The position numbers and the translations under genes are program-made. The notes beneath the pieces are model-generated. The model made no database searches. It had not been told where the DNA came from and worked only from the letters and a program-made list of their open reading frames with translations. From Patescibacteria group bacterium (lineage in GTDB: Bacteria; Patescibacteriota; Microgenomatia; Levybacterales; GWA1-39-11): a stretch of 64,000 nucleotides of DNA. Below are positions 57,707 to 64,000 of this stretch, in pieces. The number at the start of each line of letters is the position of its first letter. The stretch's first letter is position 1. Where the stretch lies: positions 6,519 through 70,518 of the forward strand of contig DASZYA010000004.1 in assembly GCA_035545675.1 (NCBI GenBank). The letters run 5' to 3'.

Positions 57707-58762
57707 ATGGTTAAAAGTATTGCTTCTTTAGGTTCACTCAATGGTAAAACAGTTCTTCTAAGAGTTGATAGTGATGTTGATATTGAAAACGGAAAAATAG
57801 TAGACGATACAAGGCTTCTTGCTTCTCTTGATACGCTTCATCATCTTCTTAAAAAAAGAGCAGATGTAAATATTATAGGGCATCTTGGTCGTCCAGATCC
57901 CAAGGATCCAGAATCCAATAGTAAAAACTTCACCTTAGAGCCAGTAGCACAATGGTTCGCTGATAAGTTAAAGGGGAAAGTTAAGCCTATAACTATAGGA
58001 CGCCTTAAAGCTTTTGAAATTACTAATCATATTAATTTAATAGAAAATCTTAGATTTTTCCCTGAAGAGGAGAAAAATGATCCTGAATTTGCGCGAGAAT
58101 TGGCACTTCTTGGAGATATTTATGTGGATGATGCGTTTGCGGTAAGTCACCGAGCACATGCAAGTATTGTAGGTGTCACAAAGTATCTACCCTCCTACGC
58201 AGGCCTTCATATGCAAAATGAAATTGAAGAACTATCAAAAATCTTAGTAAATCCAAAAAGACCTTTGGCGATTCTTATTGGTGGTGCGAAAATCGAGACA
58301 AAACTTCCAATGGTTGAAAAGATGCATCATGTTGCAGATTACGTCTTAGTAGGTGGGGAAATTGCCGAGCAAGACAAGGTAATCATAAAAGTTCAGCACG
58401 AAAAGATTGTGGGTCAAAAATCTGCAGTAGTTGTTTCCGAATCGACTGAAGATGGAAAAGATATTGACCAAAAATCAGTTGAGAATTTCTGCCAAATTTT
58501 AGGACTTGCCAATACAATTGTTTGGAATGGGCCGGTTGGATTTACTGACCATGGAGAAAAGACGGAAAGAGGTACAAAAGCACTGGCTGAATTTATAGTT
58601 TCAACAAATGCCTATAAGGTTGTAGGTGGCGGAGATACACTTGCCTATTTAAGTCGATTAAATCTTTTGGATAAGTTCGACTTCGTCTCAACAGGCGGCG
58701 GCGCAATGCTTGAGTTTTTGTCAGGAAAAGAATTGCCAGGAATTAAAGCCCTTGAGAAGTAG
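57707..58762 (+). CDS. pgk: Phosphoglycerate kinase
   Basis: LRVD, HLGRP, ENLRF, DAFAVSHRAHAS, GGAK, WNGP, GGGDT, STGGGA. Confidence 0.93.
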   Translation: MVKSIASLGSLNGKTVLLRVDSDVDIENGKIVDDTRLLASLDTLHHLLKKRADVNIIGHLGRPDPKDPESNSKNFTLEPVAQWFADKLKGKVKPITIGRLKAFEITNHINLIENLRFFPEEEKNDPEFARELALLGDIYVDDAFAVSHRAHASIVGVTKYLPSYAGLHMQNEIEELSKILVNPKRPLAILIGGAKIETKLPMVEKMHHVADYVLVGGEIAEQDKVIIKVQHEKIVGQKSAVVVSESTEDGKDIDQKSVENFCQILGLANTIVWNGPVGFTDHGEKTERGTKALAEFIVSTNAYKVVGGGDTLAYLSRLNLLDKFDFVSTGGGAMLEFLSGKELPGIKALEK

Positions 58763-59489
58763 ACTGATCTTGTCCGCTCGACTCATTTGGAATAAAAGTC
58801 CAAACCCTATCACTTTCGATTTTGTGGTAATCGATTTTATATTTGCCACCGCTAACTTCAGCTTCAAATACTCCAGCATCTTGCCAAGTTTTATAGATAT
58901 CAAACGTTTTTCTCATAAAACCCAAAGTCTGTGCATCAGTTAGAGTAGTAGTTTGCTCCCATGGATAATCTATCTCAACAGGTTTGTCTTCAGTTAGCGC
59001 CTTAAAATACTGTGGGACTACTCTGTTGTTATCTAAATAATATGTCGCTTCAGTGAAATACTCTGGTGAAAAAGATGGGGATCCCATGTTTAATCTGACT
59101 TCTTCGCCTTTTGTGTGGAGAGGTTTGGTTTCATCCATACATTCATTACGTGTGCGAATAGAATACTTTCTGTCTTCTCCTTGCTCAAACCAAATTCCAA
59201 TAGAATGTCCGTCGGAAAATCCTTGAATCATATTTGACGTTGCTTGTCGGGGAGAATTTTCTGTGCATCCAAGAATCTGGACCATAGAATCAACATAAAT
59301 GTCAAAATCTTGTGGTGTAATTTTTTCTTTTGCAAGAATTCTTTCGCAATCTACCTCAAGTCTTTGTTTTTCCCACTCATTGATAGGGTCAATAATAGAT
59401 GGATATTTTGGAGGTTCTTGTGAGGGTGTTTCTGTAGCTTTTCGAAAGGCAAATGGTCTGAGTTTTCTGAATCTTTCTAGCTGTTGCAT
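58743..59489 (-). CDS. Hypothetical protein
   Basis: 248-aa ORF; -10 TAAAAT upstream. Confidence 0.55.
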   Translation of the reverse strand: MQQLERFRKLRPFAFRKATETPSQEPPKYPSIIDPINEWEKQRLEVDCERILAKEKITPQDFDIYVDSMVQILGCTENSPRQATSNMIQGFSDGHSIGIWFEQGEDRKYSIRTRNECMDETKPLHTKGEEVRLNMGSPSFSPEYFTEATYYLDNNRVVPQYFKALTEDKPVEIDYPWEQTTTLTDAQTLGFMRKTFDIYKTWQDAGVFEAEVSGGKYKIDYHKIESDRVWTFIPNESSGQDQSTSQGL

Positions 59490-59544
59490 TGGCTTATTTT
59501 TAACAAACAGATTTTACATTGTCAATATTTGATATATTAAATTT

Positions 59545-59916
59545 ATGAAGATTGCAAATAAAACTGGAGTTTTAGGAGAAGATATAGCAGTTGACTACTT
59601 AAAAAAGAAAGGCTACAAGATAATTGAGAGAAACTTCCGCAAAAAATACGAGGAGATAGATATTATTTCTATTAAAGATAAGACTTTGGTTTTTATAGAA
59701 GTAAAAACCCGTAAATCAACTGCTTTTGGTACCCCATTTGAAGCTATTGCTCCCTGGAAATTAAAACATCTTGTGCAACTAGCTCAATTCTATAAGATTA
59801 CACATAAAAATCTGCCTGAGGATATGAGAATAGATGCAATTGGAGTTAAGTTTAATGGTGAGAGTCTTGAGTCGATTGAGCACTTAGAAAATATTATGGA
59901 TATCGATTTTACTTGA
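59545..59916 (+). CDS. yraN: YraN family (UPF0102) putative nuclease
   Basis: GEDIA, ERNFR, EIDII, VFIEVKTR, RID. Confidence 0.9.
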   Translation: MKIANKTGVLGEDIAVDYLKKKGYKIIERNFRKKYEEIDIISIKDKTLVFIEVKTRKSTAFGTPFEAIAPWKLKHLVQLAQFYKITHKNLPEDMRIDAIGVKFNGESLESIEHLENIMDIDFT

Positions 59917-60535
59917 GGATTTCGCTCCTTTTTGCTTCCATTATTCCCTTAATTTTTGATAGAGTTCCTTCTAGGTCTCCTTCTTCATTTATTACCAAAT
60001 AATCACAATCATCATATTGTTCCATTTCCCACTTAACAAGAGAGGGGTTCCAGCGATGTTTGTGTTTTCCTTCTCCCTCGTCTCTTTTTACCCTTGTCTC
60101 TAAAACCTCAATATCTGGAGCAGTTAAAAATACAAAAACTGATCTATCAGTCATGCTTTTAACTTTTTGTTTTATATTCTTAACTCCCTTTGCATCAATG
60201 TGCCAGATAATGTCTTTTCCAGTCTTTAGAGCTTCTTCTAGTGTCCTTTTCTCAGTTCCATACAAATGTTCACGAAACTCTACCCATTCAAAGAAGTCAT
60301 GGCTAGCAATTTTATCCTCAAAAGCACCTCTTTCTATAAAGTAGTACGGATTTCCTTCTGATTCACCTTCACGTGGTATGCGGCTTGTTGTTGTAATAAT
60401 TCTAACGAGATTTGGATCATCTACCTGAAGTTTTGCGAAAAGCGCATCTTTTCCTGCAGCGGTTGGTCCGGTTAATACTAGGAGTGTTCCTCTTTTTTGC
60501 TGGAGCTCTATTTCCTCATCAATGGGTTTTCCCAT
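59909..60535 (-). CDS. gmk: Guanylate kinase
   Basis: GPTAAGK, TTSRIPREGE, YYF, EW, LYGT. Confidence 0.9.
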   Translation of the reverse strand: MGKPIDEEIELQQKRGTLLVLTGPTAAGKDALFAKLQVDDPNLVRIITTTSRIPREGESEGNPYYFIERGAFEDKIASHDFFEWVEFREHLYGTEKRTLEEALKTGKDIIWHIDAKGVKNIKQKVKSMTDRSVFVFLTAPDIEVLETRVKRDEGEGKHKHRWNPSLVKWEMEQYDDCDYLVINEEGDLEGTLSKIKGIMEAKRSEILK

Positions 60536-60552
60536 AGCCTATTATATCAAAC

Positions 60553-60677
60553 TATTGATGATTGATTATTGATTAATGATTAAAGTTTAAAATCAACTGA
60601 AAATTAAAACATATAAAATCATTAAGAATTAGGAATTAAAAATTGCTTTGATCTAGGATCTGATAACTAAGAACTAG
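60553..60677. repeat. Composite degenerate heptamer tract
   Basis: attgatg attgatt attgatt aatgatt; aagaatt aggaatt aaaaatt; gatctag gatctga taactaa gaactag. Confidence 0.6.
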
Positions 60678-61764
60678 CTTGTGGAGTTGTTTGAGCCTGT
60701 GTTCCGAGCAATATTGTTTCTTCAATGAGTCTGTTTGAGTATCCAAATTCATTGTCATACCAAGCAATGACTTTTACCATGTTCCCACCAACAACTTGAG
60801 TAAGGGATAGATCTGCAATTGATGAGTGATAGTTGCCAATAATATCAGAAGAAACTATTGGATCATGCGTTGTTGCAAGAATTCCTTCAAATTGTGGTTG
60901 TTTTGATGCATTCTCAAGAGCCTGATTTACTTCTTCTACCGTTGTGTCACGTTTTACCAAAAAGGTAAAGTCTGATAAGGATCCTGTTGGGACAGGAACA
61001 CGGACTGCTAATCCATTAAATTTACCCTCTAAGCTTGGAATAGCTTTTGCTGCTGCTTTTGTAGCACCAGTTGAAGTTGGAATAATGTTTGCTGCTGCGG
61101 CTCTTGCTCTCCTGTAATCTTTGTGCCCTCCGTCTTGAAGTCTTTGATCGGAAGTATATCCATGAATTGTAGTCATCATGGCCTTTTCTATCCCAAAAGT
61201 TGTTTCCATTACATGTGCAACTGGAGTTATGCAGTTTGTTGTGCAACTTGCGTTACTTATGATGTTTTCTGTTTTTGAACTTCCATCTTGGTTCATGTTG
61301 ACTCCAAGTACATACGTAGATCCACTCGCCTCGTCTTTAAAAGGAGCAGAAAGGATTGCGGCTTTGGCTCCGGCCTGAAGATGTTTTTGGAGTCCTTCTT
61401 GGGTTGTAAATGCTCCGGTTGATTCAATAACTATATCTACGTTTAAATCTTTCCATGGAAGTTTTTCTGGTTCACGACCCGAGAAAACTGGGATTTCTTT
61501 TCCATTTATAACAAGTGCTCCAATGAGTGGGGTTTGGCTTTGAAAAGGAAGACTTACTTCTTCCGCTTTTTTAACTGATAGCTCAATTCCTTGAAGTGGT
61601 CCATAAACTGTATCGTATTTAAGAAGATACATCCAGCCAGTAATATCGGTTGATGACCCGGCATTAATTCCAACAACGTCTACTTCATCCATGTGGGATA
61701 GAAGAATTACTCGATGAGCAACACGCCCTATTCTTCCATAACCATTGATTCCAACCCTTACCAT
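60667..61764 (-). CDS. gap: Glyceraldehyde-3-phosphate dehydrogenase (type I)
   Basis: GINGYGRIGR, SNASCTTNC, IIPTSTGA, WYDNE. Confidence 0.96.
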   Translation of the reverse strand: MVRVGINGYGRIGRVAHRVILLSHMDEVDVVGINAGSSTDITGWMYLLKYDTVYGPLQGIELSVKKAEEVSLPFQSQTPLIGALVINGKEIPVFSGREPEKLPWKDLNVDIVIESTGAFTTQEGLQKHLQAGAKAAILSAPFKDEASGSTYVLGVNMNQDGSSKTENIISNASCTTNCITPVAHVMETTFGIEKAMMTTIHGYTSDQRLQDGGHKDYRRARAAAANIIPTSTGATKAAAKAIPSLEGKFNGLAVRVPVPTGSLSDFTFLVKRDTTVEEVNQALENASKQPQFEGILATTHDPIVSSDIIGNYHSSIADLSLTQVVGGNMVKVIAWYDNEFGYSNRLIEETILLGTQAQTTPQASS

Positions 61765-61769
61765 ATATT

Positions 61770-61828
61770 TAGAATAAAGAATTATGAATAAAGAATCAAG
61801 CCTTCATGTTTTTGATTCTAATTTCTGA
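61770..61828. repeat. Inverted GAATAAA / ATTC-type heptamer arms between divergent genes
   Basis: agaataa agaatta tgaataa agaatca ... ttgattctaatttct. Confidence 0.55.
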
Positions 61829-61842
61829 TAGAATGTCTCCCT

Positions 61843-62529
61843 ATGAATGAGAAAATGTTGATTGCAGCTCATAAAGCGTGGAAAAAAGGCGAGGCGGCAG
61901 AAAATCTTCAAAGAAGCACGTTGAGATCGGCATACCATAGAGGACTTGATGATCGGGATACTTCTCTAAGTGGAGTTAATTTTCTCGCAGGTCGAGCAAG
62001 GGAGTTGGCGAATTTAGCTTTAACATCTGAAGAAGAAATTTACTGGGCAACAGCGTCACACGACTTTTACATAGAGAGTGCAAGTTTATACGCGACTAGG
62101 GGCGATAAAGCTCGCCAGTTAAATGTCTTGTCTAGAGCCTCTGAGTTATCTGAGTCTTTATTCAGTTTTACACGAGATTTCAAATGGGCCAATTCAGCAA
62201 TCGATGAGAAGGTAGCCGATGCAGAGCTTTATCTTGAGTTGGGTAAAAAAGATGCGGCCGCTTTCTCTCTTGCCATAGCTGCTAATATTGCAGGTAAATT
62301 TGCTAGTAGAGCCGGTAGGGAGGGCTCTGTGCCCTTTAGAGAAAAGATTTGTGAGTTCAATATTAGATCTGGTCAGTTATTTTTGGAAGTAGGAGATAGA
62401 AGAAGAGCCATTACTTCTCATCATATTCTGCGCGAAACAGCCTATTCCTTGATGGAACTGACAGGAGATCCCAAATATTCTTCATGGATTGAAATCGGAG
62501 ACCGTTTTTTTGAATCACTCAATAAATAG
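61843..62529 (+). CDS. Hypothetical alpha-helical repeat (TPR/SNAP-like) protein
   Basis: Repeated Ala-rich helices with LYxxxG motifs. Confidence 0.5.
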   Translation: MNEKMLIAAHKAWKKGEAAENLQRSTLRSAYHRGLDDRDTSLSGVNFLAGRARELANLALTSEEEIYWATASHDFYIESASLYATRGDKARQLNVLSRASELSESLFSFTRDFKWANSAIDEKVADAELYLELGKKDAAAFSLAIAANIAGKFASRAGREGSVPFREKICEFNIRSGQLFLEVGDRRRAITSHHILRETAYSLMELTGDPKYSSWIEIGDRFFESLNK

Positions 62530-62587
62530 GAGATGAATTGTTGCCTTCTTGTTGTGATTTGGGCACGTATTCGGTATAATATGCTTT

Positions 62588-62719
62588 ATGCCAGAGTTAT
62601 TACCAAAAAGGAAAAAATTAAAAGGTAAGAGAAAGCACGGCTTTTTAGGAAGACTAAAGACCAGAACCGGCAAGCAAGTTATTAAAAGAAGAAGGCTTAA
62701 GGGTCGAAAGCGCGTCTAA
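62588..62719 (+). CDS. rpmH: 50S ribosomal protein L34 (absent from ORF track)
   Basis: MPELLPKRKKLKGKRKHGFLGRLKTRTGKQVIKRRRLKGRKRV; directly upstream of rnpA. Confidence 0.9.
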   Translation: MPELLPKRKKLKGKRKHGFLGRLKTRTGKQVIKRRRLKGRKRV

Positions 62720-62721
62720 GA

Positions 62722-63042
62722 ATGTTTCCTAAGAAATCTCGTTATTCTTTTAAAGAAGGATTGCCGAGAAAAGTCATTTCTTTCCCATCTTTTTCATTAA
62801 GATTCGAAAAAAATGATATTGGCGCAAGAATAGCGGTAGTTGTGAGTAAGAAAGTAGATAAAAGCGCAGTTGCGAGGAACAGCATTAAGAGAAAATTCCT
62901 CGATCTATTAAAAGAAAACGGCGCTCAAGATCTATCTTACAGCCTTGTTTTCTATTTAAGGAGAAATGCTCTTGAAAATGATATGCTTTCAGGAGAAATA
63001 AAAGAAGCATTAAACAAACTTAACAATGTTCCAAATCTTTAA
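62722..63042 (+). CDS. rnpA: Ribonuclease P protein component
   Basis: VVVSKKVDKSAVARNSIKR; rpmH-rnpA-yidC synteny. Confidence 0.9.
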   Translation: MFPKKSRYSFKEGLPRKVISFPSFSLRFEKNDIGARIAVVVSKKVDKSAVARNSIKRKFLDLLKENGAQDLSYSLVFYLRRNALENDMLSGEIKEALNKLNNVPNL

Positions 63043-63868
63043 CGTCATATTCACTTACCCAATAACTAACCTCTTAGTAGCTTTTTATCAATTATTTACC
63101 CATTTTGGTGTGCCCTACGCTTTTGGTTTTTCAATTATTCTTTTAACCGCTGTAGTTAAATTATTTCTTTTTCCTTTCATGTCTGCTCAGATTAAGTCTA
63201 CCTATAAAATGCAAAAAGTTGCGCCTCTTATAAATTCACTCAAAGAAAAGCACAAGGGAGACAACAAGCGTCAACAGGAAGAAATAATGAAGCTCTATAA
63301 GGAACATGGAGTAAATCCAGCCGGTGGATGCATACCATTACTTGTTCAAATTCCTATCATTTATAGCCTTTATCACGTATTAATAACTGCAGTTAATGCA
63401 AACACAACCCAAGAGATAAATGCTATCAATAAAGTACTTTACTTTGATTGGCTAAAAATCCAATCTATCTGGAACCTGACATTTTTTGGTCTGCCATTGG
63501 GAGCAAATCCTTGGGAGCTTGCTAAGCATGGTAGTTATCTAATGCTTTTGATCCCATTAATTACAGGTCTTGGTCAGTTTGTTCTTTCTAAGATGATGAT
63601 GCCAGAAGAGGTTGTTGATGCAAAAATAAAACTTGCAAAGCAAACTCCTCAAAAAGAAGATGATTTCCAAGCTGCTTTTCAAAAGCAATCTATGTTTATT
63701 TTTCCAGCAATGATTGGTTTGTTTTCAGCAACATTACCAATTGGACTCTCTTTGTACTGGAATACGTTCACAGTTTTTGGTATACTCCAGCAATACATTT
63801 TAGTTGGAGCCGGATCTTTGACTCCACATGTTAATAAATTGAAAGGAAAAGTAAATGGAAATAAATAA
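63026..63868 (+). CDS. yidC: Membrane protein insertase YidC (short form)
   Basis: FGFSIILLT, LYKEHGVNPAGGCIPLLVQIP, GLSLYW, QQY. Confidence 0.93.
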   Translation: MFQIFNVIFTYPITNLLVAFYQLFTHFGVPYAFGFSIILLTAVVKLFLFPFMSAQIKSTYKMQKVAPLINSLKEKHKGDNKRQQEEIMKLYKEHGVNPAGGCIPLLVQIPIIYSLYHVLITAVNANTTQEINAINKVLYFDWLKIQSIWNLTFFGLPLGANPWELAKHGSYLMLLIPLITGLGQFVLSKMMMPEEVVDAKIKLAKQTPQKEDDFQAAFQKQSMFIFPAMIGLFSATLPIGLSLYWNTFTVFGILQQYILVGAGSLTPHVNKLKGKVNGNK

Positions 63869-64000
63869 AGTTATTCAAGAAGAAGCAGAAAACCTACTTG
63901 ATCAAGTTGGTATAAAAGCAACAGTTAAAGTTGAAGTTGACGGAGAAGGATTCAAGCTCCATTTAGACGGTGAGGAGAACGCTCTTCTTATTGGAAAGCA
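63855..64000 (+). CDS. jag: Jag/KhpB RNA-binding protein (3' partial)
   Basis: MEINKVIQEEAENLLDQVGI...ENALLIGK start of KH motif; follows yidC. Confidence 0.75.
   Translation, partial: MEINKVIQEEAENLLDQVGIKATVKVEVDGEGFKLHLDGEENALLIGK

Noticed and set aside
62552-62569. TGTGA half-site upstream of rpmH as a Crp site
   Set aside because: Second half-site and spacing do not fit TGTGA-N6-TCACA

Overview
Chromosomal segment of a low-GC, reduced-genome bacterium. Gene content and style (N-domain-less ClpB, VirB4/M23 cluster beside dnaN, leaderless genes) point to Patescibacteria/CPR, probably Microgenomates; this placement is inference. It contains oriC between dnaA and dnaN, ruvC-ruvA-ruvB, CIRCE-controlled clpB, a ~22 kb mostly minus-strand run of small stress/detox-type genes (VOC x5, DUF1801 x2, DHFR-like x2, SET, NUDIX, hexokinase), tRNA-Asn, rpoD-dnaG, sugar-phosphate/glycolysis genes, a class A PBP and rpmH-rnpA-yidC-jag, which lies ~56 kb from dnaA. 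The most unusual signals are: (1) a GC-rich, divergent PEP synthase gene between a ~335 nt hairpin-rich leader with a boxA-like motif and a ~300 nt multi-hairpin trailer; (2) about 15 intergenic heptamer-repeat tracts, often as inverted arms and carrying stops in all frames, including a duplicated ~100 bp element; (3) three Crp/Fnr-type sites centred about -41.5 of leaderless genes; (4) a 16-bp palindrome in frame inside an oxidoreductase gene. All compositional estimates are by eye and family calls are from motif recognition, not database searches.
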